64,000 nucleotides of DNA, taken from assembly GCF_004010195.1 (NCBI RefSeq), contig NC_057751.1, positions 17,709,768 to 17,773,767 on the forward strand, read 5' to 3'. The translations under genes and the position numbers were made by a program. Below the pieces are notes generated by a model. It had not been told where the DNA came from. It worked only from the letters and a program-made list of their open reading frames with translations, and made no database searches. Below, one piece after another: positions 12,996 through 26,439 of this stretch (positions are counted from its first letter, which is position 1; every line of letters begins with the position of its first letter). Source of the DNA: Chiloscyllium plagiosum (Eukaryota).

Positions 12996-13834
12996 AGAAC
13001 ATAGAACATAGAACATAGAAGAATACAGCGCAGTACAGGCCCTTGGGCCCTCGATGTTGCGCCGATCCAAGCCCACCTAAACTACACTAACCCACTATCC
13101 TCCATATACCTATCCAATGCCCTCTTAAATGCCCATAAAGAGGGAGAGTCCACCACTGTTACTGGCAGGGCATTCCATGAACTAACGACTCACTGAGTGA
13201 AGAACCTACCCCTAACACCAGTCCTATATCTACCCCCCCTTAATGGTGGCCCAGGGACAAGCACCAACGCAGACTCACCTCAGATCCCACGAGACTCTAC
13301 CTTTTGTAGCAGCCTGCCGTAAGATGTGAAGCGATCCAGAAGAGATTACTGACGCAAAGGTGACTACACTTACCTGGGTGGCAACTTTCAGATATCTGTG
13401 TACATGGACACCAAGATCCCTCTGCTCATCCACACTACCAAGTATCCGACCATTAGCCCAGTACCCCATCTTTTTGTTATTCTTCCCAAAGTGAATCACC
13501 TCGCACTTAGCTACATTGAATTCCATCTGCCACCTTTCTGCCCAGCTCTGCAGCTTCTCTATATCCTGCTGTAACCTGCCACATGCTTCCTCACTGTCAA
13601 CAACTCCTCCGACTTTCGTGTCATCCGCAAACTTGCTCACCCAACCTTCTAACCCCTCTTCCAGGTCATTTATAAAAATGACAAACAGCAATGGTCCCAA
13701 AACAGATCCTTGCGGAACACCGCTAGTGACGGCACTCCATGAAGAAACTTTGCCATCAACTACTACCCTCTGTCTTCTTCCATCCAGCCAATTCCTAATC
13801 CAAACCTCCAACTCACCCTCAATGCCATATCTCC
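12996..13834 (-). mobile_element. Relatively young 5'-truncated CR1 with internal replacement; 5-bp TSD
   Basis: ORF 13275..13811 with SGVPQGSVLGP and SKFADDTK; (TTCTATG)n tail at 12996-13020; gtctt at 12991-12995 and 13835-13839; RTE frame RSIED|MNFS resumes across it. Confidence 0.9.
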
Positions 13835-13999
13835 GTCTTCTATTGACCTTTTAGCTCGGACGTCGCAATGTGCCTCTGGGTCGTCAACATTCTGCCAGTT
13901 TCTGCAGGCGAGTCAAGATGGCTCGATCAAAGGCTTTGCCGACAGTGTTGAGGAGAGAGATGTATCTGTAGTTGTTGACGTCGCTTCCATCGACCTTGG

Positions 14000-14822
14000 C
14001 AGATGGAGTTTAATTTAGATAAATATTGTGCTGCATTATGGGAAACCTAAACCTAGCAGGACTTATACACTTAGTGGTATGGTCTTTGGGAGTGTTGCTG
14101 AACAAAGAGACCTTGGAATGCAGTTTCATAGCTCCTTGAAAGTGGAGTCACAGGTAGATGGGATAGTGAAGAATGCGTTTGATATGCTTTCCTTTTATTG
14201 GTCAGAGAATTGACTACAGGAGTTGGGAGGTCATTTTCCAGCTGCACAGAAGATGGGATCGGCCATTGGTGGAATATTTCGTGCAATTCTGGTCTCCTTC
14301 CTATCTGAAAGAACTGTGAAATTTGAAAGGGTTCCAAAAGGTTTACAAGGATGTTGCCAGGCTTGGAGGATTTGAGCTATAGGGTGAGGTTGAATAGGCT
14401 GGGGCTGTTTTCCCTGGAGTGTCAGAGGCTGAGGGGAGACTTTATAGAGGTTTACAAAATCATGAGGGGCATGGATCGAATAAATAGTCAAAGTCTTTTC
14501 CGTGGAGAGGAATGTCCAGAGCCAGAGGGCATAGTTTTAGTGTGAGAGAGGGCAAAGACATAAAAGAGACCAAAGGTGCAACTTCTTTCATTCAGAGGGT
14601 TGTACGTGTATGGATTGAGCTGCCAGAGGAAGTGGTGGAGTCTCGTACAATTGCTACATTTAAGAGGCATCTGGATAGGTTGATGAATAGAAAGAGTTTG
14701 GAGGGATAAGGGTCAGGTGTTGGCAGGCGGGACTAAATTGTGTAGGATATCTGTTCGGCATGGACGTGTTGGACTGAAGGGTTTACTTCCGTGCTGTAAA
14801 TCTCTATGACTGTATGACTATA
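14000..14822 (+). mobile_element. 5'-truncated CR1 LINE
   Basis: EQRDLG, LSYRVRLNRLGLFSLE..RLRGD, QRVVRVWIELPEEVV; ctctatgactgtatgacta tail. Confidence 0.9.
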
Positions 14823-15339
14823 TAAGCACTGGATGGCATCAAGTACTGGAGCATGCATGGTATGATCTCTGGCATCGAGATCAGAGTAGTGTTCATTCCA
14901 CTTCTTCATCTGCTGGCCTTTATCTGTTATTACTTCGTCATTGGACGATTAGGCTGTCCTGTTTTGCTCATAGCTGGTCCTAGTGTCTTCCTGATGCCTT
15001 TGCACATTCTCCTCATGTTTCCCATTAAAGTGTCAGCCTAACTTTACTCGCTTAGCTGTGGCCTGTAAATGACAGTGCAACACCTGGAAGCCTGCTGAAC
15101 CTTCTACTTGACAGGCCTGTGAGTCTGGAATTACTTCCAGTGAGCTGACGGCGTGTACTTAGCTGCGGCGACATGCTTGGCTTCAAAGTTTGCAGTTTTC
15201 TGGTTTCCTTGGCTTCAAACCATTGGATGTCTTGCAGGTCTTCTTCCCAAGGGCAGCCAGGGATATGAGGAGCATGGTATTCCACAAAGTTTCTCATTTG
15301 GCTGTAGTGGAGTCTCCATGTCACGAGAAAATGAGTTCT

Positions 15340-15640
15340 CTCTCGAAAGTCTCTGAAAACTGCTGCATAAGGTCTGGCTGGGAAGAATGGAAGAATGGCT
15401 TGCAGCGTGCGTTACTGGAAATTAGGCCAGGCAGAGTAGCATGCAGGCAGCATCGCAGTAAATGAAGTTTGAGAAGCGTGAACTCCAGTCAAAATCGCCA
15501 GAAAGTGTTTAGGATGAGTGACCTGCAGTGATCATCAAAATAAACCACCCTGCAAAATCGCAGCATTCGATAAATTCTGCAGTGCAAATGTTGACACATA
15601 TATGAATGAGACAGGTAGAAACACACTTCGCATTTGTAGT
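15340..15640. repeat. Continuation of the ~41 bp minisatellite
   Basis: Units such as gaagaatggcttgcagcgtgc and gagtgacctgcagtgatcatc match the 9270-11690 array. Confidence 0.55.
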
Positions 15641-15649
15641 GGACGAAGT

Positions 15650-17900
15650 AATGTACAAAGGTACGGAGGTCTATTCGGTCTGAAGGTGGTCACAGCCATG
15701 GGCATGTTTTTGCGTTTGGAAGGTTTTAATGAAACGCACCCGACAAAGGTAGATAGTGCAGGGGGCATAGGCAGAATGTGCAGCGATCGGATGCATTATA
15801 AGGTGTGTTGCACTCACAGATTAATGGACATTGGTTTGTATGCATATACAGGGTGGGGCTTTTGGAAAGGCCCGAATGCAGAATCGGTGAGATGAATTTG
15901 AGAGATTTGCAGATATGTAGTCGGTTGTAGCATGTCATGGTTGATAAAATGTTGAGAGGGTATGAGTGATTGGCGTAGCTTAGAATAAAAATGGGAAGGT
16001 GTGTGGGAGATGTTGGAAGCTGCAGCGATAGTCACATATGTTGGTGCTTGAGACGATAATAGATATTAGATGGCAGTAACTGGAGAATAACTGGGGGAAA
16101 TACAGAGTGTTACTTTCATGTACAGGTGTACGCAGCAATGAACACTCTCTTTCTGGAAGAGGTTCCAGAAATATGGCGAACTTAGCAGGTAGAGGAGTTA
16201 CATAGGTAAGAGTGACGAAGGAAGCAGCGGAGATTGCTTTTTTTGCCGGAGAGATGGAAACTGTGAAACACATGGGAAGCGTTGTGATGTCTGCATGGTG
16301 TCACTGTGACTGTGCGTGCTGCAGGCACTCGTTGCATGAAGTGAGATCAAAATGCTTGTCGCTGGTGGCGCTTTACTAAATTGTAGATGTTGTCAAAGCT
16401 GGAGATTGGCATAGATAACACGCTGTTATGGAGAACATTAGAGGCAGGTCCATTTTAAAGACAGGTAGCATAACAGGTTTGAAGTGCTTTGCAGCGAATG
16501 GAAGGCTGCACCCGTTTATAATGATGGAGATCTGATCGCGACAAGAGAGCTTTGGGACTTCCAAGATTCAAGTATGTTATAGAAGTAAGGAGAAACAAAG
16601 TGGCTTCAGGAAGCAATCAACATAAATCCAGTAATAGAGAATTAGCAATTGCTATGTTTGGATAGGAAGAGGCCATGCAGAGATTGATATACAAGGGTAA
16701 GCTTATGTAATTCAGGATGGTAGTTAATAGGTGGCCTGAGTGTGGGCAGCAAGGAGACGGGAAGGATTGATGATTGGGAGGTCGTGACAGTTGGAGAACA
16801 GAAAACATTTATTTCGTTACTGTCCAGTTAATACAGCGTGGAATCTGTGAGTTCAAGCAGTAGTGTAATCCAGTCTGAGGAGGCAATGTAATCGATGAAG
16901 TTTTCAGCAACGAGCCTGATATCCGGCAGACTCAGCAAGTCATGAAAATGGAAAAGACTCGTCTGAGTGAAATCCTTCAATTCACTTGAGGCTCGAAAAG
17001 AGCTTTCTGTAAATTGTATATTCTGAAAGCATTTATACGGATGCAGATGGAGCAAGTGAACAACCCTCTGTTTAGCTCAGATTGACTGTTAATGCTTACC
17101 ATGAACAGGGAAGTGTACCATTCCCCCATTTGTGTGATTTCACTTCCCAACTCTGATGGTTGTACAAAAGTTCTACCACGGTCCTTTTCCACTCGAAATC
17201 CCAGAGGTTGACTCTGGTGGAGGGGTGACAGCAGTGACTGGACCAGAAATGCCCGAAAACTTGCTTCTCATTGTGAATTTCGTTAGAATATATAGAGTAA
17301 TTACACATGAAGACTTGCCATATGCAAAGTATTTTCTTTTCTTATGGTGTCATTGCTTTTCCTAAGCGGATGTGAGGAGCTGAGACCTAATGGAGGAGAA
17401 ACTGCGATCAGCTTCATTATCTCTCCTGCGGGAGGAAATTCGATTGCCCTTCTGTCGTTTTTATATCTGGTCAACCGAACGTTAGCTGCTTTGATGACTC
17501 TTCTTCGGCATATCTGACAACATTTGTAAATTACAGCTCTCAGCTGATAATCTCACCTCACCACGAGGAGAGTTCAATTTTTCAGTTGAACAACAACAGG
17601 AGTCAATGTGGTGTAAGAAACTGATATTGATGCTGATAATGAGCCTTGATCTGTTTGAATGGTCGAGCGGACTCAGAAATATAAACGGCCTCCTTCTGCT
17701 GCTAATTTTTGTCTTTTTATTTCCTCCGTGGACTCTGTGTTTTCCTTTTTTCTGTTGTTGTGAAACTCTTTCAAGTGACTGCTTCCTTCTTTTCATTCAC
17801 TTCAGGTCATCCCAGGGTCATCTCGCCTCCTTCGCCATTTTCTATTAGGTATCTGACAACAGCTGTCAGTATTCCTCAGATTATTCAACTTTCTGTTCCC
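15650..17900 (-). mobile_element. Possible highly decayed non-LTR retroelement (clade unresolved)
   Basis: Only weak RT-like fragments (SCRDQIS...FAAKHFKPVMLP); no intact catalytic motif. Confidence 0.25.
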
Positions 17901-18004
17901 AATTGATAAAGTCGCTCATACATCTCATAATATTTTCTTCTTACGACTTCTCCACACTGATTGATGCTGACTCCGTTGCTTTGATTGTTGCTGGGTTGAA
18001 TATT

Positions 18005-18865
18005 TCAAGCAAAAATAGCTTCCAACGGGTTCTTGAGCTTCTCTCTGAACTTGGACAAAAATGCCGCATAGAAAATGGTGTTCGCACAGCAATTCAAATT
18101 CCGCAGCATGTATGCAACTCTTTTGAATGTATGTTCTCCATCAGTATCTAAAGGGGCGTCAATATCAAAATAACATAAAATGTACAGCAGCCACAAAAAT
18201 ATGAAGCTTCCAGAAATGACGAAAAGTAAAATTATACACTGCCTTCTACTGTCCATCTCTGGGTCACTGGAATTTTCTCCCTTAGTCTGACCCTTCAGAC
18301 CTTTCCGGACTTGACTGGCCACTAAAATATGTTTGACTGTCAGGGCGTTGAGGAACAGTATTAAACCTAAAGGGAATATTGGTGTTAGATCTTTTCAAAG
18401 TCGTTAAAACCTCTCCACACAGGGTCATAATAGTATGCACCTGAATTCATACAGTACCATGGTACATTGTCAATGATCTCATAAGGTTAAAATCTGAAGT
18501 AGGTAGGAATATTTTTTAGAAAAAAACAGACAGCTGATTGTTGCAAGAACGACAGTTGCGGTTTTTTGAGTGCAGTATTTGGTTTTCAGTTTCTCATAAC
18601 AAATGATGACATATCGATCAAAGGCGAAAGCGATGGTGAACCGGACAGAATAGTCTATGAGTAGACGGCACAAAGCATAGTGAACACTACACACAGGGGT
18701 AATGTCCAAGAATGATGGTGGGAAAAAAATCATGTTTGATTCTTTCGAGTATGATCTCAATGCTAACGACCAATAGATCCACCATTGATGGCCAGCAGAT
18801 CGCGTCTGCTGCAGGATGAGAGTCCACAGTTACCCGAAGTAGAATTCCAACCGTCACTAAATTGA
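18005..18865 (-). pseudogene. GPR139/GPR142-like class A GPCR pseudogene (main coding exon)
   Basis: Acceptor ctccctcttacag at 18866-18878; VNLVTVGILLR, FLDITPVC, FTIAFAFDRYV, KYCTQKTA, NALTVKHILVASQVRK, DPEMDSRRQCIILLFVISGSF, NCCANTIFY, KFRE split over three frames. Confidence 0.85.
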
Positions 18866-19940
18866 CTGTAAGAGGGAGAAAAGGCAAAAAGCAATGATCA
18901 ATACAGACGAACATTTTCTTTCATGGAACCTAAGTGGTAAGTGTTCGCTTTCGTCAACTCAAACACGTCAAAATATAACAGTTAGAGGATTAATAATTTG
19001 AATTGACCCAACACTGAAACTCACGCCTCCAGTTTTAATACATATGGGACGTGCACAAGAAGCAGGCTCTCTATAAGAGGAAAGTGGGCGAGTAAGATTT
19101 TGAACGAGGAACAAATGCACAGTCAGATTATAAACTACCTGTTTCTTTCAGACCAATTGCAGTTCAGGTAATGCCAAAGAACGGAAGGTGCAACATTCAT
19201 GATAAAGCAGAGCTCTTCCTGAAGCTCCTGATTCTTCCTTGGATAGAATTTGTAATTCCACTTTCAGCAATAGCAGCCCATTGCAATTACACACTAGAAG
19301 CAACTCAAAGGCAGGTACCATTTGCTCCGAGGATGGCAAAATATTTATGTTGTGTAGAATGAGCATTCAAGCAAAACTGTTAAGAGAAGGTGAGCATTCT
19401 TTCTGAGCAAGCCAGAAATGGCAGTATGTGTTCAGGCATTTATATGTGCCCAAGAAGATGTGTAATAGACAGAGGGCTGTGTGGAGCTTTAATGTTGTCA
19501 GATATAGTTGTCCCAAATGCCAAGTTCTGTGCTTTAACTACTGCATCATTGGAATCATGTAATTACAATCAGTTACAATTTCATCCTAATCGAGTAATTT
19601 TACTTATATGTCAATACATATCCGGCCTGATTTCGGAGTAATAGATGGCTCAGCTCGAATAAATGCGCAATTTAACATTGCTGGTAGTCGTCAGAATTTT
19701 GTTCACCACACTGGCATAAATCGATCACGGAGGATACTCCATTCAACAGTGAAATGAAGCAGTTGCTTTAATCTACCCAGCACCTAGCTTCAAACAGTTC
19801 ACGAAGCACCAATCTTGACAGTAATTTACAGTCACTGGTGTAACGTGGAACATTCCACTTCCTGACCAATGCTGCTGTGACATCAACCGTTGGCAGTGCT
19901 GATGGAGTCAGAGTAAGTGGATCACAGAGTGAAATTGTCT

Positions 19941-19997
19941 ACGAGAGAGGGCAAGAGCGAGAGATGGTGAGGGAGAGGGGAGATAGAGAGAAAGAGC

Positions 19998-20030
<33 letters not shown>
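19941..20030. repeat. (GA)n-rich microsatellite
   Basis: Visible directly. Confidence 0.9.
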
Positions 20031-20031
<1 letters not shown>

Positions 20032-20639
20032 TAAAACATGAACTGGCCCATGACTCGGAAAAACATTTCGAAATGTACGTAATTCGAACATCAGATAAAA
20101 GATACAACACTTTTGCCTGAACAACAATCTTCAGAATATTCCAGCTTCACTGTAGGATAATTTCTGTATCCTTGCTCAAACTTCTTATTCATTTAGCATA
20201 ACTGCAATAGATTTCTTCACTGTCAAATTTCTGCAAACAGCAGAATCTGCTTTCCCCATCATCTTCCTCTCAAAAACTTGAAATAAACGTATGAGATGTG
20301 TTCCATTACCATGTGCCGAGAACAACTTCATCACATATCTCTGACATATCCATGACATTCTGTCAATTTTGTCAATGTTCGATGAGCAGTTAGGTTTAAT
20401 GTTACGATGACGATTACTTTACCGTCAGTCTTAGATCGAGGGGAATGCTCGACTTTGTGGTGTTAAGGCACATATGGATCGGTCAGCTGGAGCAGTTTGG
20501 CATTCGCAGATGAGCAGCAGTTAGCATCGAGATCAGTTTGAGATCCACATGGGGATAAGTGAATGAGAACTGGGTAGTTCAACCACATTTAACTTAGGAG
20601 ATAGTTTCTGGAAGTGAAGTTAGTGACACTGACGTGGCT

Positions 20640-20965
20640 TGGTGGATAACTTATAGGTGTAGTTTATTTGCACCCATTACACTTATCGAAGTCATAGGAT
20701 TGCAAGTTGCTTTCAATGTCATTTTGATGAATTTCTGAACGGAATCATGCAAATGGTGTGCACTGTTGTGGCTGAGAATTGCTGGTGGAGAGAGGAATGT
20801 CGATGGACGTGATGCCAGTTAAGTGGGTTTCTTTCTTCTGAATGCTGTCAAGCTGTTTGCGTGTTAGTGGAGCTGTACCAATCCAGCTGAGGGGGGAGAT
20901 TTCGATCACACTTCTTCCATATGTCTTGTAGATGTTCGACTGGATTTCTCCGAGTAAGGAGCTGA
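20640..20965 (-). mobile_element. L2-like LINE 3' fragment
   Basis: ctgaatgctgtcaagctg..ggagctgtaccaatccag..atgtcttgtagatg resembles the reverse of an L2 ORF2 C-terminus. Confidence 0.5.
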
Positions 20966-20974
20966 ATCGAGCAG

Positions 20975-21710
20975 AACCTCGGTGAGGCCACAGCTGGAGA
21001 ACTATGTGCAGTTCTTGTCATCGTAACATAGGAATTATGGCACTGTACTGCATTGGTTTACAGCGGATATGCACAAGCGTGTTACCTGGGATCGTGATAC
21101 CTTCAGAGCAGAGACTTTTCTGGGACGGGAACCTGGTAAAGATCGCCAAGTTTATCAGGACAAGTTGAATGGAAAACAGCTTCGACTTGAACTCGAAGCG
21201 TCAGTACGAAGGAGACATAACTTTCAACTGGAAGACACGAGACTTCGAGTCAGGAAAACATTTTCATGCTGAATATAATGGGTTCTGAAAGTTGCTGCCT
21301 GGGAACCTAGTTGAAGCAGAAAATTCACAACCTTGAAAATGACCTGAGACAATATTTTGGAGGAATAACTAAGATAGAGGCAGGAACGTTATTTCCACTG
21401 GCGGGTGAAACTAGATGTCGGGACCATAAACTCAAAACAAAGGGGAGCAGAAGTAGTATCAAGTTGAGATGGAACTTCTTCACCAAAATGTCAGTGAATC
21501 TATGGAATTTGTGGAGTTGAGGCTACCTCCTTGAATACTTTGACGGCTAAAATAGTTTTTCTTTAACAGGAAAGGAATTAGGAGTTATCGCGAGGGAGTG
21601 GGCAAGTGAATCTGAGTCCATAAAAAGATCAGACATGATATTATTGAATGGTTCAACAAGTCGCTGTGCCAGATGACCTATCCTACTCCTATTTTTAATA
21701 TGCTTCTGTT
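20975..21710 (+). mobile_element. CR1 3' fragments
   Basis: gtgaggccacagctggagaactatgtgcagttc (VRP.LE..VQF); LFPLAGETR..HKLK; RWNFFT..VNLWN. Confidence 0.7.
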
Positions 21711-23039
21711 TTTATGTCGTTATATCACTTGATGTTTTGTCATGTGTCATAATATTCAAGGCACCAGAATGATCGTGGAAAAGGGGAAAGTGTAGAGGGC
21801 TTAGTATAATTTGGCAGAGCCAATACAATGGTGGAGGGTGGGGAAGGTATCTTCGATAATGTTTCAGTCCATGTTTCCATCGGCTTGTATGTGTATTTCA
21901 TACTTTCTGGAGTGTCACCACATCTGTTCTTCAGAGAGGGACGAGATAAAGCGATACAGGCAATGTGTCACCCATATGAAAGCTAGAAGGTGTTAACGAA
22001 ACGGACTGGACAGAGGCAGGTAGTGCTGTGAAAATCGTCGTAATTTGCAGCCATAGGATGCATTGTAATGGGTGTTGGACTCACATATTAATAGACATTG
22101 CTTTGAATAATAGGAAAGGTCATGGAGAGATGTCTGTTTTGAGGTTCACTATGTATCTGGCCCTTCCATTCTGGCGTTGAGTGTGTTAATTGGATAAACC
22201 ATTTCATCCGTATGCAGGAAGCGAAAGTTCAGCCTCTCGAATTTGCCCCATAGTTCAATAAACTCACGGCTGACCTGGCTGCAATCTCAAAGATGCACTT
22301 CCGTCCAACCCGGTAACCCAAACATTTCTTGTTATACAGGATTCTCTGTATATGTTCCTGAACAGGTATTCAAAGTCTTCGTTACAAACACCTTATCAGG
22401 AAGCGTGTTCCATAGACTCTCAATAAAACCAGAAGATGCAGGAGTCGCAGTCGTCAATTTCGAACTTGACAAAATATTCATCATGGTCAGTTGATTACTA
22501 TCTCTGCAACAAAACTAACCGTTTTCTTTTCAGCATTCTTTCACAGAGAAATGACACACAGTCAAACAAAGACACTGACGGGACAAAGTAAAGAAAACAA
22601 CAATGCTTGCCAGATTATTGAGTAGAGTCAAACAGCGTGGAAGTCAAACCGCTTCATGCTGCCCAAGTTGCCAAACAAAATTAGTCATACTTGACGTTAT
22701 TTGACGCATTTCCATTCAATGTTTCCGACTCATCTTCTCACAGAAATGTCTTTTAAACGTTGTCACTGAAGCGGCATCCATTTCCCCCCAGAACAACCAT
22801 TCTTTTTGTAAAAGCGTTGCCCCGTTCTACTGTATACAGCTTTATCCTCTCAGCTTAAAAGTACGCCACCTAGTGTTGAACTTGCCCACACAATTAAAAA
22901 GATATTTGTTTTTCAAACTCTTATATCCCAAGGAAACAATTCCCAACAAATCCTGCCTATTTTTTAAAATCAAAACCTTCATTGGCTTGCTGTTGGGGAA
23001 GGTGGGATCTGTACATGAAGGACGAGTTGCACTTAAAGT

Positions 23040-24760
23040 ACAGTGGCACCGATGTCCAAGACAGGATAATAGTTGACCAGTTCGGGAGGTTTTAAACTAG
23101 CTTGGCAGGCGGATGCAAATAGAGATCAGAAGAAAGAGTTGTTGTTGAACGGGCAGAAATAGAATGCAGAACATCTGTCAGGAAGGACACCTCGTTGATT
23201 GGGCAAAGGGGTAGGTTAACGTTTTGTCTGTTCTAATGCAGTGACTTATGAATACGAGTGATGAACATACAACATGGACCAGCACTTAGAACTACGGCGT
23301 TGTGGAGATAACGAAGACGTGGATTTCACAAGGGCAGGCATGGATGCTGGATATTTCAGAGTTCAGAGTTGTTTTTGAAAACAAACAGGAATTTAGTAAA
23401 AGAGCATGGGGAGGAGATTTGTTAATGAAAAAGTGCATCACAGCTGCAGAAAAGGAGGTTGTTGAGTCGCGTTTGTCTGCTGAGTCAGTATAGGTGGAAG
23501 TGAATAACAGGAAAGGAGTAGTGAAATAATTGGCTGTTTTCTAGAGCACACCCTCTCCGCCAATAGCAGCAGAGAGACGGAAGAAGTGTTTGGAAAACAG
23601 GTGTTGGAAACAGGATTGTTGTTATAGGTGACTTTGCCTTCCCCAGTATTGATTCGAACGTCCTTAATGCAAATGGTCTTATTGGAGCTGATTTTATCAG
23701 ATGTGTCCAAGAATGACAAAATATGTAGATTGGCCGAAGAGTGGGGAGACCATATTATATTTGTTGTGCATCAACGAACCAGTGCAGGTGTCAGATCTCT
23801 TGGCGGGAGAGCATTTCTGTGTCAGCGACCACAACTACCTTATCTTTAGCACAGCCATGGAGAAGGATAAGGAATTATGTGTGGGAAGGTATTTCATTAG
23901 GGAGGGGTAGTTATACTGTTATTAGACAGAAAATATAGAGAAGCATTGGGAACAATCATTCAAAGGGAAACGTACAACAGAAATATGGAGGTTGGGTGAG
24001 GAGCACTTGTTGCAAGTGTTGGTAAATCTTGTCCCACTGATACAGGTAAGAAATTGTCACGTAAGGGACTGTGAATGATAAGAGAAGAGGAGCTTCACGC
24101 CAAGACGAAGAAGGACGATGACTTAAGTTTGAGGAATCAAGGATTTGGCACAGTTTTAGAAGATTACTGGTTACTGAGGAAAAAACTCAAAAATGGACTC
24201 AATTGATCTCGGAGGTGACATTGAAAAGGCTTGGCGGGAAGGATTGAGAAAAAGTCAAAGGCGTTCTACACTAACGTGAGAAATAAATGAATGAACAGAG
24301 AGAGAGAGAGTAGGGGCAATATTAGGTCGTGGAGTCAACTTGCATCTGGAGTCTGACGTGGTAGGACAGGCCCTAAATGAGATTTTTTCGCATCTGCATT
24401 CACGAGAGAGATGGAACTTGTTCATAGTGAGAAATCAGTGCAACAAGTTAATACGCTTGAACAATTCAATATTAAGAAATTGTATGTCCTGAAAATTCTG
24501 GGTAGCATTAGGATCGATGAGTTCCCAGGGCCGGACGAGATGTTTCCAAGCTAATTACGTGAAACGAGTCATGAGATTGCTGCGCCACTAGGGATGGTCT
24601 TTGCACCCTCACTCTTTACGGCAGTAATACTCAGTGGTTTGAGGGAGGCGAAAGCTGTTTCTCTGTTCATAAAAAGGAAATAGGAAATCCCTGGGAATTT
24701 CAGATCAGTTAGTCTTACGACTTTGGGGAACAGGTTAATGGAAAGGATTCTGAGTCATTG
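23040..24760 (+). mobile_element. Decayed CR1 (endonuclease to RT N-terminus)
   Basis: ITKTW, GEHF..SDHN, SPGPD-like and NFRSVSLT remnants. Confidence 0.75.
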
Positions 24761-24769
24761 AGTTTGGAG

Positions 24770-24970
24770 ATATGCAGTAAAGAAACAGACCCTTCGTTTC
24801 AATTCGTCCATGCCAGCTAGATCTCCTACATTTATCTAGTCCGATTTCTGAGATCTTGACCCATATCACTCTAAACCATTCCTATTAATGTGCCCACCCA
24901 GATGTCTTTTGAATGTTAGACTTTTACTAACGTCCACCATTTCCTCTGGCAGCTCATCTCATACACGCAA
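24770..24970 (-). mobile_element. CR1 3' end fragment
   Basis: Similar to CR1 3' UTR copies at 27995-28190 and 39900-40070. Confidence 0.7.
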
Positions 24971-25419
24971 ACAGTGTTCCTGCATTTGCATCCAAATCCT
25001 TTTATACAAATGACAAATGGCAATGGACCCAGCAGCATGTTTGCCACAGGATCCCAGTTTGGAAAACAACCCTTCTCTCTTTTAAAACTACAAACGTAAA
25101 TGCAAAATACCAAGACCCCCTTACACTGTTTGCGTCAGACACTCTCAGGACAGACACAGCACAGAGAAAACACTCTGCTCTTCCATGATGAGGAGGGGCT
25201 GGTATTGGACTTGGGTAGACAAAGGTAACCATCACATAAAACTAGGCCACAGTCAAAAGAAAAAGCATGGTTTATATCTATTTGGATAAGTATGACTTGA
25301 TTAGAAATAATCAGTATGTCTTTGGGAATGCCAGATCATGCCTCAGAAGTCTATTGAATTTTTTCAGGCTGAAGTGAGTTACATTGATGAATGTCCAACA
25401 GTGGATATAGTTAACTCTT

Positions 25420-25503
25420 AACTACCCTCCTGGCAATTAGAGATGGCAATTAATCCTGGCCTTGCGAGCAATGCACGCAACCTGTGAATGAATTTAATAA
25501 AAA
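25420..25503 (+). mobile_element. L2/Deu-type SINE 3' tail
   Basis: ggcaattagagatggcaattaatcctggccttgcgagcaatgcacgcaacctgtgaatgaat + A-rich end, resembling L2-derived tails. Confidence 0.55.
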
Positions 25504-26439
25504 ACTATACTTCCTCTCTGTCATGCCATTCTCTTCTTATGTCAATTTACGATATCGAGTTTCAATTTTACATCCCAGCTACTTCTGTGGAAACTAATTA
25601 AAAGGCTTCTCAAAGAAATGGCTTCCCGTTAGGACCTTTATTAGTTATATACTTAAACTAAAACTCCAGTGGATGTGCCAAGTGTTTTTGCCCTTTTGGA
25701 AATTTGTACTGAATCCGTCTGATTCTTCACACTTTTTCAAAGTGCTCTGCTCAAAAACCGTCGATCATGGATTCTCGTCTTTTCCCTCATGGTCGTTGTC
25801 AGGCTAACAGGTCTATAATGGCTGATTTTCTGCCTCCCTCCTTTATCTTTACTTTTACTTAGACCAGCTAACCTACAACATATGGGAAACTTTCTCGAGC
25901 CTGGGTCTTGAAATGTAACCAATAGCGCTTCGAGGATTTGCAGGACCTTAACTACTCTTAAGGGTATGCACATCAACGTGCTGACAATAGAAACACGGAT
26001 CGCTTATTATTATTATTATTATTATTTGACATGGTTAAGAACCTACCGCCAATGCAGAATCGAGTCATTCTCATTGTCATTTTGTGTATTTTTTATGGTG
26101 TACTGTCCTAAACTAGGTACACCAGTCTGAGGGGAAAATTCACTGAGACTCATTAGATAGCCGGTAGTCGTCTCAAATGGATGTTGGGACCTATCCCAGT
26201 TGAATACATCGGTCTCCACCTGTCCATACATTGATTGAAGATATTGTCATTGTTCACTAATACTGAGGCATAACGTTGTCTTCCAAGACAGGAATACTGA
26301 ATATAACTGCCAATGTCTCCCTGCAGACCATACTGAGCTGACATAGTAGTCTAGTGATAATACAACAATGAAATTACCTCTGACTGCACTCCCCAGTTAG
26401 ACCATCACCCTACCCAATGAACTAAGATGAATACCAGTT

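Larger units (their letters stand above)
11830..15330 (-). mobile_element. RTE-clade LINE (decayed), split by two CR1 insertions
   Basis: IKQGCILAPTHF, MLFADDVA, FGLTISLKKTSVL, IPMDILYGEL..GRP, RSIEDMNFSL, NNYRYISLL motifs across 11986-13990 and upstream remnants 14823-15330. Confidence 0.85.

Noticed and set aside
13275..13811. Functional 178-aa reverse transcriptase gene
   Set aside because: Fragment of a 5'-truncated CR1 lacking the N-terminal RT motifs and the C-terminus
19922..20127. Short ORFs with LSLSLS repeats
   Set aside because: Translation of the (GA)n microsatellite
18900..23000. First coding exon of the GPR139-like gene
   Set aside because: No convincing TM1-encoding exon with a phase-1 donor found by eye
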